Source: Candidatus Vogelbacteria bacterium | GTDB taxonomy: Bacteria; Patescibacteriota; Minisyncoccia; Phycocordibacterales; XYD1-FULL-46-19 | Length of the DNA: 64,000 nt | Assembly: GCA_016188295.1 (NCBI GenBank) | Contig: JACPIA010000011.1 | Location: forward strand, 3,993-67,992 | Direction: 5' to 3' | In this document: positions 47,452-57,045 of the stretch, one piece after another | Layout of the letters: each line of letters begins with the position of its first letter | Position numbering within the stretch: position 1 is the first letter of the stretch | Notes under the pieces: generated by a model | Databases searched by the model: none | What the model was told of the DNA's origin: nothing | What the model saw: the letters and a program-made list of their open reading frames with translations, nothing else | Position numbers and translations under genes: made by a program

Positions 47452-48918
47452 AACTCGATGCTTAGCCTTAATTTTAGCCAATTCCCCTTCTTCTACTTCA
47501 TCTTTCTTTTCTTTTCCGCTCTCACCTAATTTTTTAAGCTCACTGTCAGATAACAGCATTAATTCTTTAGCTTTAGTCAGTAAATAATCTTTGGTATTTT
47601 TAGTTGGATCCTCTAACACCTCCTCCAATAGAGCGTGCAAGATAAAGCCGATTTTTGGTCCCGGCTTTAGTGTTAACTTCCCCATCAAGTCAGTCCCATC
47701 TAGGGCTAACATGCCAACGGAGGTAGGTGCCCGCAAAGCCTCGTCAATCATCGCTTCATATTTACGGAGGCGGTAAGGATCCTCCTTAGGGCGACCCATG
47801 CCAATGCGGTCAGCCATCCGGACATTAATCAGTTCCCAGATAAGCTCACGGCCGACATTAGCGATAATCCGCCGCACGGCCGAAAGGGTTACCTTTCCTG
47901 TATCGCTGAAAAACATATGATTCCGGACCAATTTGGTCACTGTTTCGATGGTTTTGGTCGGATATTTAAGTCTGGTCAATAATTGTTTAGCCATTTTGGC
48001 ACCCACCACTTCATGACCGTAAAAAGTGTAATCCTGTTTGATGGTATCAAAACGACGGGTTCGTGGCTTGCCGATATCGTGACAAAGCGCACTAAGCCTC
48101 ACTTCTAAACCAAACTCTTTATCTGCGGCATGTTGGAGGGCTCTCAAGGTGTGTTGCCAGACATCGTAGATGTGCTCACCGTTTTGCTCAATACCCACAC
48201 CCTCAAGCAGTTCTGGGGCCAAGTGCTCCAATAAGCCATATTGCTTTAATAATTCAAGCCCTAGCATCGGTCGGGGCGACATAATAATCTTATTAAACTC
48301 AATTTGAATGCGTTCAATGGCGATATCTTTAATTAACGGTGCTAATTTAGTCATTTGCTTGGTGGTTTCGGTTTCAATAGCAAAATCTAAACTGCAAGCT
48401 AGGCGGATACCACGCATAATTCGTAGTGGATCCTCGTTTAGACGCTTACTGGCCTCCCCCACTGTCTTAATCAACTTGTCTTTTAAGTCTTTAATCCCAC
48501 TATAAAGGTCAATCAATTCGCCGGTACTGATTCTATAAGCCAAAGCATTGATCGTAAAATCGCGGCGCGAAAGATCTTCTTCAATTGTTTGACTAAATTT
48601 AACTTCATCGGGGTGGCGCTTGTCGCTATACTTCCCTTCTTGTCTGAAGGGGGTAATTTCTAAGGTCTTAAGAGTCAAATCAGTCTCTTCTTCATTAATC
48701 ACCGTAACGGTGCCAAAGCTATTTTCATAAACCGTTTTAGGATAAAGCGCGATAATCTCCTCTGGCGTGGCATTAGTGGTGATGTCCCAGTCCTCGGGCA
48801 CGCGACCTAAAACGAGATCGCGGACACAACCGCCCACCACATAAGCTGAAAAACCCCTATCTTCCAAGGTTTTGGTTGCACGTGAAACGGTGGTAGGGAT
48901 GGGTAGCTCTAGCTTCAT
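47446..48918 (-). CDS. cca: CCA-adding tRNA nucleotidyltransferase with HD domain
   Basis: Poly(A) polymerase head motif GGCVRDLVLG. HD-domain residues in the C-terminal half. Confidence 0.8.
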   Translation of the reverse strand: MKLELPIPTTVSRATKTLEDRGFSAYVVGGCVRDLVLGRVPEDWDITTNATPEEIIALYPKTVYENSFGTVTVINEEETDLTLKTLEITPFRQEGKYSDKRHPDEVKFSQTIEEDLSRRDFTINALAYRISTGELIDLYSGIKDLKDKLIKTVGEASKRLNEDPLRIMRGIRLACSLDFAIETETTKQMTKLAPLIKDIAIERIQIEFNKIIMSPRPMLGLELLKQYGLLEHLAPELLEGVGIEQNGEHIYDVWQHTLRALQHAADKEFGLEVRLSALCHDIGKPRTRRFDTIKQDYTFYGHEVVGAKMAKQLLTRLKYPTKTIETVTKLVRNHMFFSDTGKVTLSAVRRIIANVGRELIWELINVRMADRIGMGRPKEDPYRLRKYEAMIDEALRAPTSVGMLALDGTDLMGKLTLKPGPKIGFILHALLEEVLEDPTKNTKDYLLTKAKELMLLSDSELKKLGESGKEKKDEVEEGELAKIKAKHRVK

Positions 48919-48951
48919 TGTTTCTTTATGATAGTATAAATAAGGTGATTT

Positions 48952-49023
48952 GTCCCCATGGTGAAATGGATATCACAACAGTCTTCGGAACTGTCGTTGG
49001 GGGTTCGAGTCCCTCTGGGGACA
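48952..49023 (+). tRNA. tRNA-Arg (anticodon TCG)
   Basis: Cloverleaf folded by hand. Acceptor GTCCCCA/TGGGGAC. Anticodon loop CTTCGGA. T-loop TTCGAGT. No encoded CCA. Confidence 0.8.
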
Positions 49024-49086
49024 CACTTCGATTTATCTCAGTCAATACAAACAATTAATTTATTATGATAAGATAAATTCGTTTAA

Positions 49087-49157
49087 GCGGGTATGGTTTA
49101 GTGGTAGAACACGTCCTTGCCAAGGATGAGACGGGAGTTCGATTCTCCCTACCCGCA
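49087..49157 (+). tRNA. tRNA-Gly (anticodon GCC)
   Basis: Acceptor GCGGGTA/TACCCGC. Anticodon loop TTGCCAA. T-loop TTCGATT. No encoded CCA. Confidence 0.85.
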
Positions 49158-49342
49158 CACTATTTCTATGGGCACCACCGGCAATTATGGGGATAAGTCT
49201 GGGGATAATGTGCATAACGGACAAAAGGTCTAGGACTAAAGTCTCACATAAAATCGTTATTTATCAATAAAATAAAAATTAAAGTCAATTTAAAGGTCTA
49301 AAATGGACAGTTTGTTACTTAAGTAACGTTACACGTGAAAAT

Positions 49343-49735
49343 ATGTTCAAGATTAACCCTTCAGACAAGCAAAAGATCGGTTTAAAGGGAGAAGAAGTAG
49401 CTGCTAATTACCTTAAAAGCCAAGGTTTCACTATTATCGGTCAAAATGTCTGGAATAAGTGGGGTGAGATTGATTTAGTGGCTAAACAGGGGAGTAAATG
49501 GCACTTTGTGGAGGTAAAAACAGTCACACGTGAAACATTTTCACGTGAAACTGAAGTATTTAGTCCTGAAGATCAACTCCATCCTGGTAAATTGCGTCGT
49601 TTAGCTCGGTCGGTCGAGATTTATTTATTAAAAAATAATCTAGACGAAATAGATTGGCAAATAGATGGGCTTTTGGTGTATTTAAAACCCAATAGGGAGA
49701 CGTTACACGTGGAACTAGTGGAGGATATTATTTAA
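49343..49735 (+). CDS. YraN-family (UPF0102) endonuclease-like protein
   Basis: GEEVAANYLKSQGFTIIGQNVWNKWGEIDLVA matches the YraN family. Confidence 0.7.
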   Translation: MFKINPSDKQKIGLKGEEVAANYLKSQGFTIIGQNVWNKWGEIDLVAKQGSKWHFVEVKTVTRETFSRETEVFSPEDQLHPGKLRRLARSVEIYLLKNNLDEIDWQIDGLLVYLKPNRETLHVELVEDII

Positions 49736-49759
49736 ACATGGTAAGCTGATTTGGTGTTA

Positions 49760-49832
49760 CGGAGTGTGGTGTAACGGCTAACATTCTCGCTTTGGGAGCG
49801 AGCGACTCAGGGTTCGAATCCCTGCACTCCGA
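49760..49832 (+). tRNA. tRNA-Pro (anticodon TGG)
   Basis: Acceptor CGGAGTG/CACTCCG. Anticodon stem CTCGC/GCGAG with loop TTTGGGA. T-arm CAGGG-TTCGAAT-CCCTG. Confidence 0.8.
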
Positions 49833-49863
49833 CTTTATTAGGTTTAAGGTATAATAAAAGTAT

Positions 49864-50046
49864 ATGAAAAACGTAAATTTTAAGCGGGGAGTGAGTTGGC
49901 CGATTGTGGCGATTGTAGTGGTGATTATCGCCTTGGCTTTAGCTTGGTGGTACTCGCGTTCACTTAACACAGCAGTCGAGAGTAATGTCTCGGACTATCA
50001 AACCACCGGCCAAACCGCCATCAGCGATGAATTTGGTGGTAACTAA
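49864..50046 (+). CDS. Small membrane protein (60 aa), hypothetical
   Basis: Single TM WPIVAIVVVIIALALAWWY. Confidence 0.3.
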   Translation: MKNVNFKRGVSWPIVAIVVVIIALALAWWYSRSLNTAVESNVSDYQTTGQTAISDEFGGN

Positions 50047-50047
50047 T

Positions 50048-50800
50048 CTAAGATAGGGGATTAAAACTCCAAAAGTGCTCAAACATTGAGCGTAAAGTAA
50101 AGTTGACCGTAGGACTACGCAAAACAATACCAAACATCTCGTCTTTGTGATAAGAAACAAAGGCGACTTTTTGGCGGTAAGCATAAATGCCAATAGTAAA
50201 AGGGTAATCATCAACCGATAAATAACGCACCTCCTCAAACTCCTCCGGTTTAGGGAAAATTTTATAATCTCTGCGGTGGTCGCCAGTTAAATTGATGTTG
50301 ACCCGACGCAATTTGATCTCGCCGGCAATGCGCCGTGGCTCCCAGTCCTCGCGCAAAAACTCCAACATCCCTTTAGAGATTAGGTCTTTAGGGGCGGCCA
50401 GGGCCAAAATCTCGCCGGGCTTTTTAAGCATATCGTCGTAAATTTTTTCCAGCCCCAGCTTGCCCTCGTAGACGCGCACGGCGGGCTTTTTAGTTTTTTG
50501 ATTTTGGAGTGCCTCTAAGTCCGGCAAGATTTGCTTAAAAATACTCTCGCGCTGTTTTAAAAAGAGACCCACATTCTCGGGTTCCTCCATAATAAAAATT
50601 CTTTTTTTGTTATTTTGACTTTGATTGACCAGCTTTTTCTCTTGCAAACCCTTAATAATCTCGTAAATAGTGGTGCGCTTAAGTCCCGACTCACTGGCTA
50701 GGTCTTGGATAGTAGCTGGGCCCAGTTGTAGCCCAGCCACGTACAGCGCCGCCTCCTTATCACTTAAGCCTATTTTTTGTAAATAATTTTCTAATTGCAT
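50048..50800 (-). CDS. TrmB-family transcriptional regulator
   Basis: N-terminal wHTH (LYVAGLQLGPATIQDLASESGLKRTTIYEIIKGLQEKKLV) plus a C-terminal TrmB-like domain. Confidence 0.7.
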   Translation of the reverse strand: MQLENYLQKIGLSDKEAALYVAGLQLGPATIQDLASESGLKRTTIYEIIKGLQEKKLVNQSQNNKKRIFIMEEPENVGLFLKQRESIFKQILPDLEALQNQKTKKPAVRVYEGKLGLEKIYDDMLKKPGEILALAAPKDLISKGMLEFLREDWEPRRIAGEIKLRRVNINLTGDHRRDYKIFPKPEEFEEVRYLSVDDYPFTIGIYAYRQKVAFVSYHKDEMFGIVLRSPTVNFTLRSMFEHFWSFNPLS

Positions 50801-50986
50801 ATCCTTTTATTATATATCTGTCAGCTTTTTCGTCAACATAATTATTACAAAAATACCTATGAATCAAGCTATTTTAGATTAGTTTTTAAAAAATGACCAA
50901 AATTAAGACGTTTTAATAATTTTAATTTAAGCTTAAGCCAGACCTAGGTCATTGAAAACAAAATAAACCAATGGGAGGGAGAAAAT

Positions 50987-51613
50987 ATGAAGAGCATGTG
51001 GAAGTTTGTGATTACAGGCGGACCGTGCGGTGGCAAGACCTCGGTGATCAAGGCACTGCAGTGCAAGTTTGCCGGCCAAGTCGCCTTTGTGGGCGAGATG
51101 GCTACTGCGCTACTTGATGTTTTTCCGCTACCACACAGAGATGTTGTGTTCAGTTCCGACTGGCTGTACCAATTCCAGTCAGTCGTCTACGCGGCGCAAG
51201 TCGGGGCCGAAGTGGCCTGGCTCGCCTCACCTTACGAGGTGATGATCTGCGACCGCGGCCGCCTCGACGGCGCCGCCTACCTCGGCAATAAAGAAGTTTT
51301 CTGCCGCTTGGTAGGCGAAAGCGAGTCAGCGATGTTGGCAGCTTATGACTGGGTGTTCCATCTCGAGTCATTAGCTGTCCAATGTCCCGACCGGTACTTG
51401 GCGCTCAAAGCGGGTAATTCTAACCGTTACGAGAGCGTGGAGGAGGCACAAAAAGTTGACACCGCCCTCAAAGAGGCCTGGTCGGGCCATGTTAACCGTC
51501 TTGTCTTATCCGGACAGGATGATCTGGAGTCAAAAATCCAACTCATCCGCCAGGTGATTGCTGACCATCTAGCTCAACCACAAGGAGATCTGACTAATGT
51601 CTGCCACTACTAA
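50987..51613 (+). CDS. P-loop NTPase, AAA_28 / NadR-kinase-like
   Basis: Walker A ITGGPCGGKTS. About 57% GC versus about 40% background. Strong SD GGGAGGGAG. Confidence 0.55.
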   Translation: MKSMWKFVITGGPCGGKTSVIKALQCKFAGQVAFVGEMATALLDVFPLPHRDVVFSSDWLYQFQSVVYAAQVGAEVAWLASPYEVMICDRGRLDGAAYLGNKEVFCRLVGESESAMLAAYDWVFHLESLAVQCPDRYLALKAGNSNRYESVEEAQKVDTALKEAWSGHVNRLVLSGQDDLESKIQLIRQVIADHLAQPQGDLTNVCHY

Positions 51614-52088
51614 AGTTGAGATTGAGCGCAAGTGGCTCTTGAGACAAGTACCACAAGACGAGATCCGCGACTATCGACAAGTACCTTGTGTCTACATTGA
51701 CCAAGCCTACTTGCTGACGGGTAAGCGTGAGCTCCGTCTCCGTCGCTACGGCAATGCCTTTTACCTGACCGAAAAGGTGGGTAGTGGCTTGTCGCGCCAA
51801 GAGAGCGAGATCGCCATCACTCGCGAGCACTACGAGGTACTCCTGCCTCAAGCCTCCAACTTGATCCGTAAGTATCGTTTTAAGATCAAGTTAGAGGGCG
51901 GTCTCACGCTCGAGATCGACCAATATCGCGACACGCTTGCTGGCCTGGTGGTGGCTGAGTGTGAGTTTACCACCCCCGAGAGCGCCGCCCTCTTTACCCC
52001 TCCCGCCTGGTTGCCGGTAATTAAGGAGGTTACCGGCGACATCGACTACTCTAATCAGTTTCTCTCCAAATACGGTCTGCCTACTTAG
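51597..52088 (+). CDS. CYTH-domain protein (triphosphate tunnel metalloenzyme)
   Basis: N-terminal ExExK motif (KVEIERKW). 163 aa. Overlaps the upstream gene by 17 nt. GC-rich. Confidence 0.6.
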   Translation: MSATTKVEIERKWLLRQVPQDEIRDYRQVPCVYIDQAYLLTGKRELRLRRYGNAFYLTEKVGSGLSRQESEIAITREHYEVLLPQASNLIRKYRFKIKLEGGLTLEIDQYRDTLAGLVVAECEFTTPESAALFTPPAWLPVIKEVTGDIDYSNQFLSKYGLPT

Positions 52089-52131
52089 GCGGGCCTTTTC
52101 TTTATCTATCCAGCCTGCTACGATAGTAATA

Positions 52132-53253
52132 ATGAAGTATCTCCAATCATTGATTTTAATTTCCGTTTTAGTTTTAGCACCGAGCGCCGCTTGGGCGGCC
52201 GAGGCGCGGGTGGGTAAGACTTTTAATTTACCAGCGACAGCTAATTTGGCTACCAATCTTTACGCTTTAGTGGGAGATCTAAATTTGGCTGGGCCAGTAA
52301 TGGGTGATATTTTTACTGCCGCGGGGCGGACGGTGATTACGGCGCCAGTCCAGGGTGACTTATTTGTTGCTAGTGGTAATATCACGGTTACGGGGCCGGT
52401 TTATGGTGATGTTCGCGTGGTTGGTGGTACGGTGGCAATCGGTGATGAAGTGGGAGGAGATGTGGCGGTTGCCGGCGGCCAAGTCCATTTATTACCAGCC
52501 TCACGAGTGGATCAAGATGTTTTAGTGCTCGGTGGTGCGACCATTATTGATGGTTCGATCGACGGTTCTTTGAGGGCGATCGGCGGTAAGCTACTAATTA
52601 ACGGAGCCATTACTGGGCCAGTTAGTGCTCGGGTAGATGAACTAGTGCTAGGGGAGCAAGCGGTACTAAGTCAAGGGATTAATTACCAATCACCGCAGGC
52701 TTTAGTGCGGCACGTCAGAGCTCAAGTCAGTGGCGCGACCATATTTAATCAATTATCAAGTCGTTTGCCGGCGGTCTTAGCTTTAGTCGGTGTCTGGGCT
52801 TTATTTAAGTTTTTGACTTTATTAGTTTTTGCTACTTTTTTGTATGTGGTTTTGCCTCGACCGGTTGGCGCGATTGTAACTACCACTTTAACACACTTTG
52901 GCCGCTCGCTTGGAGCTGGACTGGCCACTTTGATTTTGGTCCCAGCTCTGGTTATTATCTTATCGCTGACGATTGTGGGTTTGCCCTTGGGTTTTTTTAT
53001 CACCTGTCTCTATCTAGCTTTGCTTGTTATGGCTTCGGTATTTGCTGGTTTAGTTTGTGGGGCAATACTGGAGAAATTATTTAGACGCAAAAAGGAGTAC
53101 GAACTTTCGTGGTGGGGAGTGCTCGGCGGCACGACAGCTTTGTTTATTGTTTCGCTGGTGCCGATTATCGGCTGGTTAGTTGGAATCGTTGTTTTTGTGG
53201 CTACTTTTGGCGGTTTAGCGATTACTACTTATCATCTCATCACCAAACCTTAG
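52132..53253 (+). CDS. Secreted/membrane protein with bactofilin-like beta-helical repeats and C-terminal TM helices
   Basis: Signal peptide. Repeated GDxxVxGxVxIGD-type motifs. Four C-terminal TM helices. GC-rich. Confidence 0.5.
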   Translation: MKYLQSLILISVLVLAPSAAWAAEARVGKTFNLPATANLATNLYALVGDLNLAGPVMGDIFTAAGRTVITAPVQGDLFVASGNITVTGPVYGDVRVVGGTVAIGDEVGGDVAVAGGQVHLLPASRVDQDVLVLGGATIIDGSIDGSLRAIGGKLLINGAITGPVSARVDELVLGEQAVLSQGINYQSPQALVRHVRAQVSGATIFNQLSSRLPAVLALVGVWALFKFLTLLVFATFLYVVLPRPVGAIVTTTLTHFGRSLGAGLATLILVPALVIILSLTIVGLPLGFFITCLYLALLVMASVFAGLVCGAILEKLFRRKKEYELSWWGVLGGTTALFIVSLVPIIGWLVGIVVFVATFGGLAITTYHLITKP

Positions 53254-53351
53254 TAGTGTTTGTTTGACTTTAAAACATAGCCAGTGCATACTGTTAAGGT
53301 TGTAAGTTTTTGGTCGCGTCTTACATTTATTTAATCACACTATCGAACTTT

Positions 53352-53618
53352 ATGGCTACTAAGCTTTATGTTGGTGGAATTCCTTATTCTACCAATGCTG
53401 ATGCATTAAAGGCGGCTTTCTCCCAAGCGGGTGAGGTTAGCTCTTCAACCATCATTACCGACAAGATGACCGGCCGCTCCCGTGGCTTTGGTTTCGTCGA
53501 AATGGCCAATGATGCTGATGCACAAAAGGCAATCGAGTTGTGGCACGGCAAGGACTTTGAGGGTCGAACTCTCACGGTTAACGAGGCCCGCCCACTGGCT
53601 GATCGTCCAATGCGTTAA
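53352..53618 (+). CDS. RRM-domain RNA-binding protein
   Basis: RNP2 KLYVGGIPY and RNP1 RGFGFVEM. Start set at the ATG (MATKLYVGG). Confidence 0.85.
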   Translation: MATKLYVGGIPYSTNADALKAAFSQAGEVSSSTIITDKMTGRSRGFGFVEMANDADAQKAIELWHGKDFEGRTLTVNEARPLADRPMR

Positions 53619-53632
53619 TTAAACGCTAGGAT

Positions 53633-53677
53633 GACCAACCCCCGATCCTCTTAAAGAGGATCGGGGGTTGGTCTTTT
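53633..53677 (+). terminator. Strong intrinsic terminator of the RRM protein gene
   Basis: 18-bp perfect stem GACCAACCCCCGATCCTC/GAGGATCGGGGGTTGGTC, loop TTAAA, then TTTT. Confidence 0.8.
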
Positions 53678-54224
53678 ATAATAAAATAAATAGAGGCCGA
53701 GCATTGTGGAGCGCTCGGCCTCGGGGTGGGGGATGGGGTAAAAATCAAGCTACTGCCAGATCTCGAGAAAGATCGGGATTATAACAACTACCACAAGCGA
53801 TTTCTCCGACATGGAGACAAAAGACACCTTGGCAGTCAGTTACCGCAAATTGTCCACCGCGTATGAGCAGAGTCAGATGGCCATCGCGGTACATTTCTGG
53901 TGGATACCTAAAGGTGACCACCAAATCGACACCTTGTCTCTTCTCTGTTGCTTCGATCCGACGACTGATTTTCCGATGAAGGATTCCTGTCGCTGCTTCG
54001 ATGATTCTTGTTGCCGTGTCCCTCCTTTTTCCATCAGTATCTTCAGTAGTAGCAACCCTGGTACCCATCCTGCTTTCTCCTTATACTAACGACCTTGGCA
54101 CTTCCCCCTTCTGTCGCTTACCATCAAAAGCTACTAAAGAGTACCAAGAAGCGCCTCCAATATCTAGTTTACGCTCTCTAAACCCTTTGTCAATATTGGT
54201 TTTTCGGAGTAAAGTGGATAGCGA

Positions 54225-54295
54225 GCGAGTGTGGTTCAATGGTAGAATAACTGCCTTCCAAGCAGTAGACATGGGTCCGATCCCCATCACTCGCA
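54225..54295 (+). tRNA. tRNA-Gly (anticodon TCC)
   Basis: Acceptor GCGAGTG/CACTCGC. Anticodon stem ACTGC/GCAGT with loop CTTCCAA. T-arm ATGGG-TCCGATC-CCCAT. Confidence 0.8.
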
Positions 54296-54463
54296 CACTT
54301 GCCATGTACCGCACGGCTCTTTTGATACCCAGATTGTCTGCACTACTGTGTCTAGTATATGGGGTACTTGCCAGGCGGGTTTAACAGAATTAGTTATCCA
54401 CTTTTTCTTTTGTGGAGTGTTGACAATACCCCCTCGGGGGTATACACTTATTATGGCAATCTT

Positions 54464-54868
54464 ATGAAATCCATACTTACACTAATTTTGATTGTTAGTT
54501 TTGCGGGAATAGCCGTCTTTGGCTTTACTATTTTTAGCCATAGTATGAGTGAATCAACCTCTGGTTGTGTTACTTCTCCCATAGATGGAACACCTTGTCC
54601 AACAAATATTGTTGCTATGACTTTGCAACACGTCTCTGCATTGCAAACGCTTACAACATCAGTAACATCATCTATCTCTAGTTGGATTTTATTACTTGCA
54701 TTTATACTCCTGGTTTCATTTTCGATATCTATATTTTATAAAAATTTACTCTTTCCAAAACTGGAATTATTGCATCAACGTTTACGGGATCTAGTATTTA
54801 ATTCTTTCTATAGTAAACAAAAAATTACCTCTTGGCTTTCATTGTTTGAGAATAGTCCAGCCTTCTAA
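54464..54868 (+). CDS. Small membrane protein with Cys residues (hypothetical); first gene of the low-GC island
   Basis: MKSILTLILIVSFAGIAVFG start. Two TM segments. CxxSPIDGTPC. Confidence 0.4.
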   Translation: MKSILTLILIVSFAGIAVFGFTIFSHSMSESTSGCVTSPIDGTPCPTNIVAMTLQHVSALQTLTTSVTSSISSWILLLAFILLVSFSISIFYKNLLFPKLELLHQRLRDLVFNSFYSKQKITSWLSLFENSPAF

Positions 54869-54977
54869 TATTGGCACGTATTAAGCGCAAGCTTTTTTCG
54901 TGCTATTTAATATCCTTTTATCGGGGTATTTTTGTTATTTTACTAACTTTAATCATTAAATCTATGTAAAAAATTAT

Positions 54978-55844
54978 ATGGAAACATTAGTAGGAACATC
55001 ATTAATAGCAGCGTTTGTGGCTGGAGTTGCCGCACTCTTTGCTCCTTGCTGTATTACAGTGCTTCTCCCGTCTTACTTGGGAAATATCTTCAGAGAGAAA
55101 TACAAAATCTTCTTTATGACTTTTGTCTTTTTCTTGGGAGTCGCAACAGTCTTTCTGCCAATCGGACTGGGGGTATCTTTCTTAGCACAAGCATTAAGTA
55201 AGTACCACAATATAATCTTTAGTGTCGGTGGAATCTTCTTACTTATACTAGGGATAATAATGCTTTTAGGCAAGAAGTTTTCTACTCCAACTTCTGTTCG
55301 AGATGAAATGAAAAAGCATGTGTCTTCAATTTACGTTCTAGGAATTTTCTCAGCAATAGCTACTACTTGCTGTGCTCCCGTATTGGCTGGAGTGCTTACA
55401 CTATCAATGGCAAGCGGGACAATTGCTTGGGGATTACTCTATACCTTGGCTTACATAATCGGGATGACACTGCCGTTGTTTATAATCGCGGCGTTTCTCG
55501 ACAAATTTAATCTAACTGAAAAGTTCACTGGAATAAAGAAAACTATCTCTATGAAAATTGGAGGTTTTAGTTGGCAGATTACTATTTCAGAGCTGATCTC
55601 TGGATTAATCTTTCTTCTAATGGGTGGTTATATAACTTACTTAGCTTTCAGTAGTAAATTATTTGTTCACTCAGATTATCAATTGGAAATGAATATATGG
55701 AATGCCAAGTTTTTGGGGGCAATTAATGGCTTTACGTCTTTGATCCCTGAATATATTTGGGCGTTCATCTTTATTGGAATAGTGTCGTATGTGTCTTATG
55801 TATTTATTAAACAATATAAAAAACAAAAATATGAGCAAAAATAA
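54978..55844 (+). CDS. DsbD/CcdA-family (ScsB-like) thiol-disulfide transporter membrane protein
   Basis: Polytopic. Paired Cys in TM helices (FAPCCITVLLP and TTCCAPVLAG). Confidence 0.45.
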   Translation: METLVGTSLIAAFVAGVAALFAPCCITVLLPSYLGNIFREKYKIFFMTFVFFLGVATVFLPIGLGVSFLAQALSKYHNIIFSVGGIFLLILGIIMLLGKKFSTPTSVRDEMKKHVSSIYVLGIFSAIATTCCAPVLAGVLTLSMASGTIAWGLLYTLAYIIGMTLPLFIIAAFLDKFNLTEKFTGIKKTISMKIGGFSWQITISELISGLIFLLMGGYITYLAFSSKLFVHSDYQLEMNIWNAKFLGAINGFTSLIPEYIWAFIFIGIVSYVSYVFIKQYKKQKYEQK

Positions 55845-56496
55845 TAATGATAAAAAATCCCCTGTAATTTCGATTGTTATCGTTTCAGTTGTGGTGTTGG
55901 GTTTGGGGTATTTTCTGTTCAAGAGTTCACCAGATAATTCTCAACAAAAGCAAAGTTCTAATCAGACTGCTCTTGTTGATAATATGCACGGAGGATCAGC
56001 TGGGGCTCCAACTAGCGAACAACTAAATTCACTTGTTGGAAAGCCTATGCCAGATTTTCAACTGTCAGATAAGGACGGGAAAGTATATAGTGTCGCTGAT
56101 TTGAAAGGTAAAGATACAGTTTTGTTCTTTAACGAAGGCCTTATGTGCTATCCAGCCTGTTGGAATCAGATAGCTGCCTTTGGTAGTGATCCAAGATTTA
56201 ACAATGATCAAATTCAAGCTATATCTGTCGTAGTTGATTCTGCAAAAGATTGGGAAACCGCAAAAGCTAAAATGCCAGAGCTTGTAAAGGCTACCACCAT
56301 GTTTGACACAGGGGCGGCTGTATCTCGACAGCTTGGTATGCTAACTACCACTTCATCAATGCATAGAGGTTCATTACCTGGTCATACCTATATGATTGTA
56401 GACAAGAATGGGGTTGTCAGATATGTACTTGATGATCCAAATATGGCGATAGCCAATGATATGCTCTTCGGTAAAATTGGAGAATTAAAATTATAA
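55831..56496 (+). CDS. Membrane-anchored thioredoxin-fold protein (redoxin/TlpA-AhpC-like)
   Basis: N-terminal TM, then GKPMPDFQLSDKDGKVYSVADLKGKDTVLFFNEGLMCYPAC redoxin-like motif. Start set at the ATG 55831. Confidence 0.5.
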   Translation: MSKNNNDKKSPVISIVIVSVVVLGLGYFLFKSSPDNSQQKQSSNQTALVDNMHGGSAGAPTSEQLNSLVGKPMPDFQLSDKDGKVYSVADLKGKDTVLFFNEGLMCYPACWNQIAAFGSDPRFNNDQIQAISVVVDSAKDWETAKAKMPELVKATTMFDTGAAVSRQLGMLTTTSSMHRGSLPGHTYMIVDKNGVVRYVLDDPNMAIANDMLFGKIGELKL

Positions 56497-56506
56497 AATA
56501 AATATT

Positions 56507-57031
56507 ATGAATAAACCAACAATGGAAGAACTTATTGCAAAAGTGGAAAAACTTAAATCTACAGGTGAATTGGATCTCTCAATAGAGGAAGATTTGAGTA
56601 TTGCTGTAATGAACCTTATTAGCCTAGAAGAGCATTTTTACTTTACTGCCGAGAAAACTGGGAATAATGAATACTTTGATTTATTAAATCAGACAAGGGA
56701 GATGAGGAAACAACTCTTGGAAAAAATGATTGATAAACATGAGGGTGAAACGTGGTGTATCGCTAAACATTTACTTGCTACGACTATGAGGTTAATGGAA
56801 GTCGGTACCAAACTTCAATCATCGGGTAAAAAAGAAGAAGCGCAAGATATGTTTAAAAAAGCTTATGAAATTTATTCGCTTTTTTGGGCATTACGATTGA
56901 AATTGATTGATGTATCTGATGTTAAAAGGGTTGAAGATAATCGATTAAATATTCACGACAAATCTGGTTCTGGTAAATCAATGACAAAGGAAGACATTAT
57001 TAGTAAATTAGTCGATTGCTGTAAGGAATAA
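56507..57031 (+). CDS. Hypothetical cytoplasmic protein
   Basis: 174-aa ORF. Helical. No motif recognized. Confidence 0.4.
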   Translation: MNKPTMEELIAKVEKLKSTGELDLSIEEDLSIAVMNLISLEEHFYFTAEKTGNNEYFDLLNQTREMRKQLLEKMIDKHEGETWCIAKHLLATTMRLMEVGTKLQSSGKKEEAQDMFKKAYEIYSLFWALRLKLIDVSDVKRVEDNRLNIHDKSGSGKSMTKEDIISKLVDCCKE

Positions 57032-57045
57032 CTAAATTAAAAAAA

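Noticed and set aside
47311-47529. 72-aa plus-strand ORF
   Set aside because: It reads through an intrinsic terminator and into the convergent cca gene.
49728-49970. 80-aa minus-strand ORF
   Set aside because: It overlaps tRNA-Pro and the end of yraN.
53745-54384. Four mutually overlapping ORFs (53745..54068-, 53811..54089+, 54001..54384+, 54081..54314-)
   Set aside because: They are inconsistent frames over the same DNA. One overlaps tRNA-Gly(TCC). None has recognizable motifs. The region is reported instead as an unresolved non-coding or pseudogene region.
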